From an uncultured Bdellovibrio sp. (GTDB taxonomy: Bacteria; Bdellovibrionota; Bdellovibrionia; Bdellovibrionales; Bdellovibrionaceae), in assembly GCA_963932905.1 (NCBI GenBank), contig CAWVRN010000002.1:128001-192000 (forward strand): a stretch of DNA of 64,000 bases, written 5' to 3'. Of this stretch, positions 28,541 to 38,926 are shown piece after piece. The position numbers and the translations under genes were made by a program. The notes under the pieces are model-generated. The model was not told where the DNA came from and did not search any database. It saw only the letters and a list, made by a program, of their open reading frames with translations. Every line of letters begins with the position of its first letter. Within the stretch, counting starts at the first letter, position 1.

Positions 28541-29731
28541 TTAGAAGTCGCCGAATTTGTCTTTTATTTTTTTGATTAGGCGAGCTTCCATTTGGCGGAC
28601 GGCTTCGCGGGTGATTCCGTATTTTTCGCCGATTTCTTGCAGAGTGAGTGGTTCTTCGTTTAGTAAACGTTCGTGAAGAATGATTTTCTCGCGCTCTGAT
28701 AGGCCGGGCTCTAGTTCGGATACTTTGCTTTGCAATAGTTTGATCATTTCTTCGCGAGCGAAGCTGTCTTCCATCGATTCGGTCGAGGATTGCTGAAAGG
28801 CGCCTAGTGATGGCGAATCTTCGTCGCCGACTGGGCGATCCAAGCTGACGTCGCGGCCGCTTAAACGTTGAGCCATGATTTTGATTTCGTCTTCTGGAAT
28901 ACCTAAACGTTCTGATAGTTCGTGCAGGTTTTGCTCGTTCGACAACGCTTCTAGATTATTTTTTTCTTTTTGTAACTGATAGAAAAGTTTTCTTTGGTTT
29001 TGAGTCGTTCCGATCCTAACCATGGAATACTGGCGCATCAAATATTCTTGGATGTAACCACGAATCCACCAAACCGCATAAGTGATCAAGCGTGCGCCTT
29101 TGTAGGGATTGTACTCGCGTACGGCGTGCATTAAACCCACGTTGCCTTCCTGGATTAAATCAATCAGCTTGGCGCCGAACTTTGAATACTCGGCTGCGAT
29201 CTTAACTACGAAACGCAGATTACTACGCACCAATAATTGAGCGGCTTCGGGATCTTTTGTTTCAAAATACTTTTCTGAAATTTCTTTTTCTTTTTCACGC
29301 GTCAGAAGCGGGTATTTTCTGATTTCATTTAAATACAGAACTAACGGATCTGATGTTTTCGGCAGATGGCTAGAGGCGATGGCCACCGCTTTTTCCGATA
29401 CATTAACTACGGGTTCATCGGCTTGAGGCTCTTCGGTATCAAATTCGAAATCGTCATCGTGTGATTCATGATACGCAGCTTCGGCTTTTTCGGCGGCGAT
29501 ATCTAAAGGAGACAATTCTTCGTCAGACTCCGTAACAATTTCGACAGGTGCCGATTTTTTAGAAACGTCTTTGAATTTGAGTTTACTGTCGTCGACGATT
29601 TCTGCTGTGACAGCTTTTGATTTAATTTTGGGCGTGACCACTTTCTTAGTCGGTTTCTGAGCCGACCCTTTCGCAGAAGTAGTCGCCTTAGAAACCACCT
29701 TTTTTTTGGCCGGTTTCTTTGTGTCTGTCAT
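28541..29731 (-). CDS. rpoH: RNA polymerase sigma-32 family factor with long N-terminal extension
   Basis: DLIQEGNVGLM, TYAVWWIRGYI, RpoH-box-like TTQNQRKLFYQL, TLQEIG..TREAVRQ. Confidence 0.9.
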   Translation of the reverse strand: MTDTKKPAKKKVVSKATTSAKGSAQKPTKKVVTPKIKSKAVTAEIVDDSKLKFKDVSKKSAPVEIVTESDEELSPLDIAAEKAEAAYHESHDDDFEFDTEEPQADEPVVNVSEKAVAIASSHLPKTSDPLVLYLNEIRKYPLLTREKEKEISEKYFETKDPEAAQLLVRSNLRFVVKIAAEYSKFGAKLIDLIQEGNVGLMHAVREYNPYKGARLITYAVWWIRGYIQEYLMRQYSMVRIGTTQNQRKLFYQLQKEKNNLEALSNEQNLHELSERLGIPEDEIKIMAQRLSGRDVSLDRPVGDEDSPSLGAFQQSSTESMEDSFAREEMIKLLQSKVSELEPGLSEREKIILHERLLNEEPLTLQEIGEKYGITREAVRQMEARLIKKIKDKFGDF

Positions 29732-29737
29732 AATGGT

Positions 29738-30043
29738 CTAGCCTATGTGCTTCTTTAACATTTTTTGGAGGCTATCTTGAATCGTCCCTTTAAGGGGAGT
29801 CAACAAAAACGGCAGATCTATGTTAATTGTAATCTGACTACCAGTACCGGCTTCTTTAACTTTGAAGTCGCCTTTAAACTGAGAACCCTTTAGGTCGCAG
29901 GAATAAGCCGGATCATTGAACTTGCACTCTACTTTAGGATCGTATTTTTTGATTTCATCTGTCTTTTCGAAAAAGTCTTTTAGCTTAGAGTAGGTATCTG
30001 TCACGCCGTGGCTAGTAGGGTAGTCGATGGATATTTTTGGCAT
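29738..30043 (-). CDS. Polyhydroxyalkanoic acid system family protein
   Basis: MPKISI...H start and IDLPFLL.P.KG.I C-terminal motif. Confidence 0.7.
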   Translation of the reverse strand: MPKISIDYPTSHGVTDTYSKLKDFFEKTDEIKKYDPKVECKFNDPAYSCDLKGSQFKGDFKVKEAGTGSQITINIDLPFLLTPLKGTIQDSLQKMLKKHIG

Positions 30044-30172
30044 TACGAATCTCCTTTTCCAAATAAGGGTACGACTTCGATACTAGAATAAAGCTGGGAA
30101 AAAGAACAACGTTTTGACCTCAGCACTGACCTGTGTCAGTATTTAGTTTCGTTTCATAATCAAGGAACCTTC

Positions 30173-32005
30173 ATGGAAAAATCATCAAAATTTGTATTAG
30201 AGAAAAAACGAACTCATTATTGTGGCTTATTAAATAAAAGCCTTGATGGGAAAAAGGTAACCGTCATGGGTTGGGTTTCGAACCGACGCGACCACGGCAG
30301 CCTAGTATTTATTGATCTTCGTGACCGCGAAGGTTTAGTGCAAGTCGTACTTGATCCTAAAAAAGCAGAAACAGCGCAAGCGAAAGATCTTCGTGGCGAA
30401 TATGTTTTAGCTGTTGAAGGCATCGTGAAAGTGCGTCCTGAAGGTATGCGCAATTCAAAATTAAAAACAGGTGAAATCGAAATCGAAGCGTTGAATTGTG
30501 AAATATTAAATGAAGCAGCGGTTCCTCCATTTCAAATCGATGATACGAATGTGAATGAAATGTTACGACTAAAGTACAGGTACTTGGATTTACGTTCACC
30601 AACGTTACAGAATAATTTGTTCACTCGCCATAAAGTCGCGCAGCTAGTACGTCGCTATCTTTCAGATAATGGTTTTATCGAAGTTGAAACTCCGATTTTG
30701 TATAAATCAACACCAGAAGGCGCACGTGACTATTTAGTTCCGTCACGTGTGAATTTGGGTCATTTCTATGCGCTTCCTCAGTCGCCACAAACATTGAAGC
30801 AATTATTAATGATTTCAGGATTTGATCGCTATTTCCAACTAGCTCGTTGTTTCCGCGATGAAGATCTGCGTGCGGATCGTCAGCCAGAATTTTCACAAAT
30901 CGATATCGAGATGTCATTCATCGACGTGGAAGATATTATCGATATGAATGAAAGAATGGTTCAATACATTTGGAAAGAAATCAAAGGGATCGATATTCCA
31001 AAAATCCCTCGTATGAGTTTCCAAGAAGCTATGGATCGTTACGGTTCAGACAAGCCAGACATCAGTTTCGGTATGGAAATTAAAGATCTTTCAAAGGTTG
31101 TGGGTACTACTTCTGGCTTCAAAGTCTTCGACGAAGTGATTGCCCGCGGCGGTATTGTTCGCGGTATCTCGGTTCCAAAAGGCGGCAGTTATACTCGCGG
31201 TCAATTTGATAAATTGACAGAGATCGCAAAGCGCGCGGGTGCTAAGGGTCTTGTGTGGATTAAATCTGAAGAAAGTGGCGAACTTTCAACGCCAATTTCA
31301 AAATTCTTATCTAAAGAAATTCTAGAAGGTATTTTCAAAGCGACGGGTTCACAAAAAGGTGATGCGTGTTTGATCGTGGCGGATGATTATGATCCAGCGT
31401 GTGCGACATTGAGTACTTTACGTTTGCATCTTGGTCGCGAATTGAATTTACTGGACCGTTCGAAATATCACTTCCTATGGGTTGTAGATTTCCCTCTGCT
31501 TGAGTACTCTCCAGATGAAAAACGCTGGGTAGCCCGTCACCATCCATTCACTTCACCTAAAGATGAATCGTATGATGACTTGATCAACAACAACGAGAAA
31601 AACTTCGGGAAAATGTTAGCGAAAGCTTACGACTTAGTTTGTAATGGTTACGAATTAGGTGGTGGTAGCATCCGTATCTATCGTAACGAAATTCAGCAAG
31701 CTATGTTCCGCGTATTAGGTATGTCAGAAGAAGATACGAAAACTAAATTTGGCTACTTTTTGGATGCTTTGAAATACGGAACGCCTCCGCATGGTGGTAT
31801 TGCCTGGGGTATGGATCGTCTGATCATGTTATTGTGTGGCACTGATGCTATCCGTGACGTTATTGCATTCCCTAAAACTGCGAAAGCCACTGACTTGATG
31901 TCAGAAGCACCAACACCAGTAAATCGTGATCAGTTAAACGAAGTGGGCGTCCGCTTATCTCCGCAAGCTGAGAAGTTTATCGAAGACGCTAAGAAACAAA
32001 ATTAA
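30173..32005 (+). CDS. aspS: Aspartate-tRNA ligase, probably non-discriminating
   Basis: [44 protein letters not shown]. Confidence 0.98.
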   Translation: MEKSSKFVLEKKRTHYCGLLNKSLDGKKVTVMGWVSNRRDHGSLVFIDLRDREGLVQVVLDPKKAETAQAKDLRGEYVLAVEGIVKVRPEGMRNSKLKTGEIEIEALNCEILNEAAVPPFQIDDTNVNEMLRLKYRYLDLRSPTLQNNLFTRHKVAQLVRRYLSDNGFIEVETPILYKSTPEGARDYLVPSRVNLGHFYALPQSPQTLKQLLMISGFDRYFQLARCFRDEDLRADRQPEFSQIDIEMSFIDVEDIIDMNERMVQYIWKEIKGIDIPKIPRMSFQEAMDRYGSDKPDISFGMEIKDLSKVVGTTSGFKVFDEVIARGGIVRGISVPKGGSYTRGQFDKLTEIAKRAGAKGLVWIKSEESGELSTPISKFLSKEILEGIFKATGSQKGDACLIVADDYDPACATLSTLRLHLGRELNLLDRSKYHFLWVVDFPLLEYSPDEKRWVARHHPFTSPKDESYDDLINNNEKNFGKMLAKAYDLVCNGYELGGGSIRIYRNEIQQAMFRVLGMSEEDTKTKFGYFLDALKYGTPPHGGIAWGMDRLIMLLCGTDAIRDVIAFPKTAKATDLMSEAPTPVNRDQLNEVGVRLSPQAEKFIEDAKKQN

Positions 32006-32020
32006 TTGGATACAACTCCT

Positions 32021-32057
32021 AAGCCCTTCCTCGAAATCGAGGAGGGGCTTTTTTTTT
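32021..32057 (+). terminator. Rho-independent terminator of aspS
   Basis: AAGCCCTTCCTCGA-AA-TCGAGGAGGGGCTT followed by a T-run. Confidence 0.9.
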
Positions 32058-32095
32058 CCTACTCACGATCAAAGTCTAGTAATTCTGCCCAAGCC

Positions 32096-32123
32096 TTTAG
32101 CTTTTTCGACCTCTGACCGAACT
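32096..32123 (+). promoter_or_regulatory. Putative sigma-28 (FliA) promoter
   Basis: TTTAG-N15-ACCGAACT upstream of 32197. Confidence 0.4.
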
Positions 32124-32196
32124 AAGAAATGCCAAGTGTTTCAGGATGAGACATTTCACGAAAGTGATTAAAGGTAAATTTCACAGGAGGTGAAAT

Positions 32197-32634
32197 ATGG
32201 AAAAGTTAAGTTCGATCCTACCAAAAAGCCCACGCACTCAAAACGTTGATAATTCTAGAGCGCAACCGGCACGCCCCGGAGCTCCGCTATTAGGTCGCCC
32301 AGCGGGTAAAGTAACTCAAAAAGTAGTATTTGATGATATGGAACCGGGACCAGTGGCAGCCAAAGCATCAGTGCCGGATTTGTCATTCGCCGAAAAATTT
32401 TCTGTAATTACTCCAGAAGATAGAGTCAGCATCAGCAGCATTGGCGCTGAAGATGAGGGCCCTGAAGCAAAACTTGCGGGATACACTCGTAAGGGCGAAA
32501 TGCAAAAAGTGAAAATAGCTGAAGACGTCAGTCGAAAATTTGCGGACCTGAAATCGATAGCCGATAAAGAGGCTCCAGGAAGTGAACAGGCGATGACTAA
32601 ATCTATTGATGCAACGGAAGTCGCGGCCTCTTAA
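32197..32634 (+). CDS. Hypothetical protein, probably largely disordered
   Basis: Strong AGGAGG RBS; Pro/Ala/charged composition. Confidence 0.8.
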   Translation: MEKLSSILPKSPRTQNVDNSRAQPARPGAPLLGRPAGKVTQKVVFDDMEPGPVAAKASVPDLSFAEKFSVITPEDRVSISSIGAEDEGPEAKLAGYTRKGEMQKVKIAEDVSRKFADLKSIADKEAPGSEQAMTKSIDATEVAAS

Positions 32635-33737
32635 GCTATCCATCGATCTAAAAGAAAGCCGGATGTTTCAAGGGATGTAATTTGATACGCACCTTTGAAT
32701 AATCGTTTTCCATTGGTTTCTTTGGATAGCACCAATATTCCATCTAAACTCAAAAATATAAGCTTGCGAATGGCTTCAAGGCTCCATTGTGGTGCACCCA
32801 TTTGTATCAGCATTTCCAATCGGATCAGCGCTTGCTGAGGATCACTGGCGTGTAAAGAGCCAAACGATCCGTCATGCCCTGTTGACAATGCCATTAGAAA
32901 ATCTTTTGCCTCTGATCCCCTGATCTCGCCCATAATAATTCTATCTGGCCTAAGTCGAAGGGATGACTTCACCAGGTCCGTCTGTGTTATGTCAATCAGC
33001 TGTGACCTATGCGTGCGAGTCAGCAGCTTGATACTGCATGAATTTACCGAGGTGATTTCCGGAGTATCTTCAATCACTATCGATCGACAATTTGGATCGG
33101 TTAGATCCAATAAGGCGTTGATTACTGAAGTTTTGCCACACCCTGTAGGGCCAATTATTAAAAATCGCTTTCGCTGTTCAATCAGGCGTTTTAGTAAAAC
33201 AATATCGCTATCTGTACACCAACCTTCGCTTCGTAGTTTTTCCAATGTCCATTGGTAATCGGGATGACGACGGATACTGATGATAGAATTTTTATGAGTC
33301 AGGCATTCATCGACCATACAAATTCGGAATTGCGACATAGTGCGATCCAGTACCGGTGACTCCTTGTCGATGACACCATCGATCTGCAATAGAAGCTTGC
33401 TTAGAAATAGTTGGTAGGTGAAATCACAATAGAACCGGTCGTCAACGCGTGATAAGCACCCGCTTTTCTCTATCCAGATATCTTTCCGACTGTTAATCAT
33501 GATTTCTGTTATTGTATCGTCGGTAAGGAGAGGATCGATTGGCCCAAAACCAAGAAATTCGTTTTTTAGCCGAGCTTGATCTTTTGGCGATAGGTCCACC
33601 AAATGCGGTTCTATCCAGGCTGATAGATCTGAATCTGGCCGAAATTCTGATGGTAGTCCCTCGAAATTAAACTCTTTCAAAGACTGACTTTTTATCGATT
33701 CTACAACAGCATAAATTTTCTTTTCTAAAATTGCCAT
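32631..33737 (-). CDS. tadA: Tad/Flp pilus assembly ATPase (CpaF/TadA)
   Basis: GFGPI.PLL.D..ITEIMIN, Walker A GPTGCGKT, IEDTPE, LRLRPDRIIMGEIRG, TGHDGS..SLHA. Confidence 0.93.
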   Translation of the reverse strand: MAILEKKIYAVVESIKSQSLKEFNFEGLPSEFRPDSDLSAWIEPHLVDLSPKDQARLKNEFLGFGPIDPLLTDDTITEIMINSRKDIWIEKSGCLSRVDDRFYCDFTYQLFLSKLLLQIDGVIDKESPVLDRTMSQFRICMVDECLTHKNSIISIRRHPDYQWTLEKLRSEGWCTDSDIVLLKRLIEQRKRFLIIGPTGCGKTSVINALLDLTDPNCRSIVIEDTPEITSVNSCSIKLLTRTHRSQLIDITQTDLVKSSLRLRPDRIIMGEIRGSEAKDFLMALSTGHDGSFGSLHASDPQQALIRLEMLIQMGAPQWSLEAIRKLIFLSLDGILVLSKETNGKRLFKGAYQITSLETSGFLLDRWIA

Positions 33738-35018
33738 TTATAACCTCTGTATATGGCGAGGTTTGGTAATCAAATTTATATCTGTTTCGCGGGTCATGAC
33801 TTCGGGTTTTACGAAGATGACCAGTTCGGTGCGCTTTTCTTTGAAATCGCGACTGGAAAAAAGTGGTCCCAGTATCGGTAGTTGGGACAGCAATGGCAGC
33901 CCTGAATAGCTGTTGCCATCAACTTCCTTAAGAAGTCCTGATAATGCAATGATCTTGGTTTCTGGTAAGTCAAAAAAACTAGAAACCTTATTTGTCGTAA
34001 TACCAGGAACGCCATCAACGCTTAAACTGGAATCAATTGAAGAAACTTCCGTTTGTAGTGAAACACTGATTCGGCCCAGATAATCCGCTTTAGGCTTAAC
34101 TTTTAGGTAGACTCCATATTTTTTCCAAACGATATCACTTGAGTATCTAGATACAGTTTTAATAGGGATTTCTCCACCAGCCCAGAAGTCGGCTTCTTTG
34201 CCACTTTTGCAGAGAATATTTGGACTGGCTAGCAGGCGGCCTTTACCCGCCGTTTCCATCATATGCAGTTCTGCTTCAAATGATTTAATTTGATTGGTAG
34301 GCAGTATTTCCGATTTAAGTGGCGAGCCTAATTCTATTCCGTATCGCTGAATAAATGCGCGATCTATTTCAGCTACGGTGATTTGGACTTTGATGATGGG
34401 TTCTAAAATCAATGATGTAGTGTCTTTAGAAACAGGTATGCCGAATTTTTTTAAAAGTGTTCGGTAAGTTTGGATATGCGGATCTTTTGGATTCAGTTTA
34501 AGTTCCGGTTCGCTTTCAAAATTAATTCGTTGATCTGCGAGCCCGCGATTTCTAAATTGTGAGATAAAATAGGCTTTAACTTCTGGAATTAATTCCGGTG
34601 CAATTTTCGCTTTGAAAACGTATTCATCGTTATTCCCCATATGGTCCGCTATGTAGAGCCAGTCTTTTAAGCGAAACAGATGTCCGGCAATTTCAACTCG
34701 CGATTGATTTACGTTCAGCTTTAAACCTAAGCGATTTTTTAAAATTCCCGATAGTTTATTATAGAGGTCCATTTCGTTAGGCTTTATCACTTGAACAAGA
34801 TAAAGAGAGTTTTTATTTTTCAAGTAACTAGTGCCTGTTTCAATTGCTGTAACCTTGAGTTGATTGCCAATGGCGCTAACTCGAATGATGCTTTTTTTTT
34901 CGATCCAGACTTGGTTGCCTTGAATGGGTATTTGAGTGCTGTCCCCAAGGGGAATGATCAGGTCTTTGCATAGACCGGGCAGGACAAAAAGAACGCTGAG
35001 TAAAAAGAATTTTATCAT
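33738..35018 (-). CDS. Tad pilus secretin (CpaC/RcpA-like)
   Basis: LASPNI...SGKEA.F.AGGEIP, GLPLLSQLPILGPLFSS..F....TELVIFVKP. Confidence 0.9.
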   Translation of the reverse strand: MIKFFLLSVLFVLPGLCKDLIIPLGDSTQIPIQGNQVWIEKKSIIRVSAIGNQLKVTAIETGTSYLKNKNSLYLVQVIKPNEMDLYNKLSGILKNRLGLKLNVNQSRVEIAGHLFRLKDWLYIADHMGNNDEYVFKAKIAPELIPEVKAYFISQFRNRGLADQRINFESEPELKLNPKDPHIQTYRTLLKKFGIPVSKDTTSLILEPIIKVQITVAEIDRAFIQRYGIELGSPLKSEILPTNQIKSFEAELHMMETAGKGRLLASPNILCKSGKEADFWAGGEIPIKTVSRYSSDIVWKKYGVYLKVKPKADYLGRISVSLQTEVSSIDSSLSVDGVPGITTNKVSSFFDLPETKIIALSGLLKEVDGNSYSGLPLLSQLPILGPLFSSRDFKEKRTELVIFVKPEVMTRETDINLITKPRHIQRL

Positions 35019-35088
35019 GGCCAGCGCCGATGCAAAAAAGGAAAATCAGCCTATGTTTAATAGACCGAATTGATTTCCATAAATCGGA

Positions 35089-36219
35089 TTAGTTGTGCAT
35101 TAATGGGAAATAGAATGCCACTTGAACGCCATTTTCAACATTGCGAATATTTAGTGACGTGCCATGCATTTTTAGCAGCTTGTCGCAAATGCTTAGGCCA
35201 AGACCCAATCCGACCGAATGATTCATTATATTTTCATCCATGAAAAAAGGTTGAAAAATTTTTTTCAAAGCGGCTTCCGGAATATTTTCACCACGATTAA
35301 TAATTTTAAATTCATAGAAATTACCAATTTTGGAACCTTTAACTTCAACCGTCGCACTTTCTGTAGAAAATTTAAAAGCGTTATTTAATATTCTGTTTAG
35401 AATTTGTTCAAATAGTCGTTTGTCAGCTTTAAATTCTAAAGGATCGATCGTTTCTGCCAGCACAAGATTTTTTTTAGTTTTAAGCGCTTGATTATCGGCA
35501 TTCACTAAGTTTTCTATTGAGTTTAATATGATAGCTTGTGGGTCCAGGTGCAGCTGATTTAATTCAGCGCGAACCAAAATCAACACATCTTCGATAATTT
35601 GTTTTAATTTATTGGAACTTTTAATCGTGCGATCAACATACAGTTTTTGTTCTTCAGATAAGGGACTCTCATTCAACAAAGACAAAAAATTGATAATTGA
35701 AGTCAGCGGAGTCTTAAGTTCATGGTTAATTAGAATCATGAATTTAGATTTTGCATCGTCCAATGTTTTCAATTCATTGTAGGCCACTTCCAATTGTTTG
35801 GTTCTGATAGCTAGTTCCCGGCCTACAGTGAAACGTTCGACAGCGCGGTCGACGGTGTTTGATAATTCCACTGGGTCCCAAGGTTTAGTGATATATTGAT
35901 AGATTTGACCCTTGTTGATAGCTTGGATAACAGACTCTAAATCTGTAAAACCTGTTATCAGAATACGTATCATTTCGGGATACTGACCAATAACTTTCTC
36001 TAAGACTTCAATTCCCGTCATTTCGGGCATTCTTTGGTCAGTTAATATCAGACTTATTTCGTTGCCATGCTGCTGAATAACCTCAAGCGCTTGTTTGCCT
36101 GAAGCCGCCTTTAATATATTGTATTTCTTGCGAAATATACGTTCTAAAGCCTCTAAATTGTCGTTTTCATCGTCGACACAGAGGATGGTGGGTTTTGTTT
36201 GTGTGCTAGTCAGCGCCAT
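35089..36219 (-). CDS. Hybrid response regulator-histidine kinase (REC-HisKA-HATPase)
   Basis: VDDE, DQRMPEMTG, KPW; HELKTPL; NAFKF; GLGLGLSI. Confidence 0.92.
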   Translation of the reverse strand: MALTSTQTKPTILCVDDENDNLEALERIFRKKYNILKAASGKQALEVIQQHGNEISLILTDQRMPEMTGIEVLEKVIGQYPEMIRILITGFTDLESVIQAINKGQIYQYITKPWDPVELSNTVDRAVERFTVGRELAIRTKQLEVAYNELKTLDDAKSKFMILINHELKTPLTSIINFLSLLNESPLSEEQKLYVDRTIKSSNKLKQIIEDVLILVRAELNQLHLDPQAIILNSIENLVNADNQALKTKKNLVLAETIDPLEFKADKRLFEQILNRILNNAFKFSTESATVEVKGSKIGNFYEFKIINRGENIPEAALKKIFQPFFMDENIMNHSVGLGLGLSICDKLLKMHGTSLNIRNVENGVQVAFYFPLMHN

Positions 36220-36297
36220 TCTTTAAAATGCTACCTGAATTCGTAATATTTCTTAAGTCTAGTTTTTCAAGAATTAAGTCCAGCGAATAAAAATGAG

Positions 36298-36325
36298 TCA
36301 AGTTTTCTTCTTATTAGGACGATAT
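36298..36325 (+). promoter_or_regulatory. Putative sigma-28 (FliA) promoter
   Basis: TCAAG-N15-GACGATAT upstream of 36359. Confidence 0.5.
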
Positions 36326-36358
36326 CCTGAAGGTGATACAAGAAATTAAGGAGAAACT

Positions 36359-38446
36359 ATGAGATTCTCGATACTACTGATTGTTGGTGCAATCTTAACT
36401 ACGATGCATGCCCAGGCGCAATTTCACGGTTATGGGCTTTATGGCGGATTGCAAGGTTGCGGCTATGATGTTTCTCAAGGTGATGAAGCCAGCAGTTATA
36501 AAGATGAGATAGCTGAATTGAAAAAACAAATTGCGGAGTGGAATAAAGAGCTTTCGGCAAGCAAGCGTGAATTGTCGAAAGAACAAACGAATCTTCGCAA
36601 ATATGATGCTTCATTAAGAAGTAATTTCCAACCAGAAGCCTATTCATTTATTAAAGCTCACTTTGACGGCCAAAATCGTTGTTTGGATTACAAGGGTCAC
36701 GTGGCTCCGGTTAAGACAGATGCTAAGGTTGATGTTCAAGGCGCACAGACCGGAACTGTGGGAAAAGATGCATGTTGTGCAGCGCCTCCGACCGAAACGG
36801 TTGAAAAACCAGGCACGCCATCTAAAACAGTAGGGCCAAAATCTACTATGATGGTTATTATGGAAAGATCTCGTATGCCAGCGTCCAGCAAAGATGATGA
36901 CGAAGAGACAGCCGAATTGGTGGTTGAGCCAGAACAGTTGAACAAAGAATGGGGCGCAGTTTGCGATAAAGCAAACAATCCGAAAGGTCGTTTAGCTGCA
37001 TCTATCTGCCAAAGAAAATATTTAACAGGCGGATCGAAATTCAACTTAGCTGATTGCCAAGCTTCTGTTTTAAATTATCCAAAATCTTTCCGTACTGTAG
37101 AGAATCTTAAAAAAGATATCGAAGCTAAAAAAGAAGCAATCAAAGCCGCAAAAGCTCAAATTCCTGAAATGCAAAAATCAATGCGTGAAGAAATCATGGA
37201 AGCTCGCCGTGCACGTATCGAAGAAATCCGCGAAGGTGGAATTTGCGTCGAGTGTTTAGGTTCAGTCAGCGGTGGTGCTGGTGGACAAATCGAAGGTCGC
37301 GAACCTAACTGGGGCGGCGTGATCGGTAACTCACTAGTAGCATTGATGGCTTATTCATCGACAAAAAGTTTCTACGGAAACATGCAAGATAGAAATGCTC
37401 AATTGGGTTTCCCAACTCAAATGCCAATGGGTTCACCATTTATGGCAGCACTTCCTGGTATTATGGGCGCATTGGGTGCGGGACTTGGGCAAGGCTCATT
37501 CGGTTGCGCGGGCATGGCCGGCGGAATCGGTGGTATGGGCGGAGTTATGGGACCATACGCAGCTCTGGGTGGTATGGGACAAATTGGCGGCGCATTCGGT
37601 TTACCAGCGTGGGCACTGGGTGGCGCACTGGGCGGCGGTATGTACAATGCCGGCGCGGCTCCATGGGGATTGAATGGTCCATGGGGATTGAATTCAGCTG
37701 GTTTAGGTATGTATCCTCAGTTGATGGCAGCCGGTGGTTTAGGTTTCGGACTTCCAGGAATGTCGGGAGCCATGGGTGGAATTGATCCAATGGCACTTGC
37801 GATGTTAGGTCAAGGTGGCCTTGGCGGCTTAGGCGGTCTAGGAGCACTTGGTGGAATGGGTGGTTTAGGTGGACAAGGATTAATGAATCCCTACGCAGCA
37901 CTTGGCGGAATGCCTTATGGTTTGGTCGGTGGCGCTGGAATTCCAGGAGTCATGGGACTTGGTGGCTTGGGTGGTTTAGGCGGTGGCCTAGGTGGACTTG
38001 GAGGACTGGGTGGTTTAGCCGGTTTAGGTGGACTGGGCGGTTTAGGCGCAGGAGGCTTAGGCGGTCTGGGAGGACTGGGAGGTCTCGGTGGTTTAGGCGG
38101 CCTTGGCGGCTTAGACGGCGGACTGGGCGGACTTGGTGTTGGTGGTCTACAAATGCAGCAGCAAATGATGCAAATGCAACTGCAACAGCAACAGCAAGTG
38201 ATGCAACAACAAATGCGTTACTATGAAAATGCGATGCAAAAGCAACGTGCGGTTTCAGGTCTTCAAGCTGAGCTAATGGGTGTGATTCAAAGAATTCAAT
38301 CTGTTCAGTACGGAATTAATTCAGGTGGTGGATCTAGTTATCTTGGTGGAAGCTATTCTTTAGGTGGCGGCGTAAGTGGCGGCCTTGGTGGTTTGCCAGG
38401 CGGCGTGGGATCGATAGCATCTCCGCCACCATTACCTACCCGATAA
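36359..38446 (+). CDS. Secreted coiled-coil protein with long Gly/Leu/Met-rich (GGL)n region and Q/M tract
   Basis: Signal peptide (AQA), AAGGAG RBS, Cys-containing coiled-coil N-half, low-complexity C-half. Confidence 0.85.
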   Translation: MRFSILLIVGAILTTMHAQAQFHGYGLYGGLQGCGYDVSQGDEASSYKDEIAELKKQIAEWNKELSASKRELSKEQTNLRKYDASLRSNFQPEAYSFIKAHFDGQNRCLDYKGHVAPVKTDAKVDVQGAQTGTVGKDACCAAPPTETVEKPGTPSKTVGPKSTMMVIMERSRMPASSKDDDEETAELVVEPEQLNKEWGAVCDKANNPKGRLAASICQRKYLTGGSKFNLADCQASVLNYPKSFRTVENLKKDIEAKKEAIKAAKAQIPEMQKSMREEIMEARRARIEEIREGGICVECLGSVSGGAGGQIEGREPNWGGVIGNSLVALMAYSSTKSFYGNMQDRNAQLGFPTQMPMGSPFMAALPGIMGALGAGLGQGSFGCAGMAGGIGGMGGVMGPYAALGGMGQIGGAFGLPAWALGGALGGGMYNAGAAPWGLNGPWGLNSAGLGMYPQLMAAGGLGFGLPGMSGAMGGIDPMALAMLGQGGLGGLGGLGALGGMGGLGGQGLMNPYAALGGMPYGLVGGAGIPGVMGLGGLGGLGGGLGGLGGLGGLAGLGGLGGLGAGGLGGLGGLGGLGGLGGLGGLDGGLGGLGVGGLQMQQQMMQMQLQQQQQVMQQQMRYYENAMQKQRAVSGLQAELMGVIQRIQSVQYGINSGGGSSYLGGSYSLGGGVSGGLGGLPGGVGSIASPPPLPTR
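37810..38215 (+). repeat. Coding low-complexity repeat: (Gly-Gly-Leu)n then (Gln/Met)n
   Basis: Degenerate 9-bp GGN-GGN-YTN units with synonymous variation. Confidence 0.85.
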
Positions 38447-38458
38447 AATTAACATTAA

Positions 38459-38758
38459 TTATTTTGTACCATTAGAATCAGCAGTTGCAGAGACTGCTGA
38501 TTTTTTTTTGGCCTTGGTTAACGCGCCGTTGTTTCCTGAAAATCCAGTGCTGTCTGCAGTAATCGATCTAGCCTGTGGTTTACTGTTAACTCTGTTGAGC
38601 TGAGCCAAAACTATATTCATATCATCAATTGTTTCTGCTGCTAAATTACGTTGTTGGGAATTCTTTTTACCAAAACCTTCCATATTTAAACCGCCTTCAG
38701 TTTTAGCGTAAACAGAAACGCTGATAACTAGCACGCAGATAAAAGTTATGGTTTTCAT
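38459..38758 (-). CDS. Small secreted hypothetical protein
   Basis: Start moved from 38827 to ATG 38758 (GAGG RBS); signal peptide MKTITFICVLVISVSVYA. Confidence 0.7.
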   Translation of the reverse strand: MKTITFICVLVISVSVYAKTEGGLNMEGFGKKNSQQRNLAAETIDDMNIVLAQLNRVNSKPQARSITADSTGFSGNNGALTKAKKKSAVSATADSNGTK

Positions 38759-38926
38759 AAATACCTCGTTTGTTACAATCCTATAGTTCAATATTGGCGC
38801 CACTGAACGGCCAGAAAAGAGTTTCAATTTGATAATTCTTCTAAGTGTGATACATGAAATGTATCATTTCTAAACGTGAAAAAGGGGACGTCAAGAGTAC
38901 GCCTAAAATCGTCACTCGCTGAACTT

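Noticed and set aside
35019..35060. Sigma-54 promoter upstream of the secretin gene
   Set aside because: TTGCA is present but the nearest GG is 16 nt from the GC, not the required 10.
37395..38150. Repeats as a CRISPR or DNA tandem array; overlapping alternative ORFs
   Set aside because: Units are degenerate Gly-Gly-Leu codons with no repeat-spacer structure and no cas genes; alternative frames are by-products.
38459..38758. Small secreted protein as the hit-locus protein (Bd0108-like)
   Set aside because: Size and Tad proximity are suggestive, but I see no recognisable similarity, no adjacent RHS-like gene and no tandem tadA pair.
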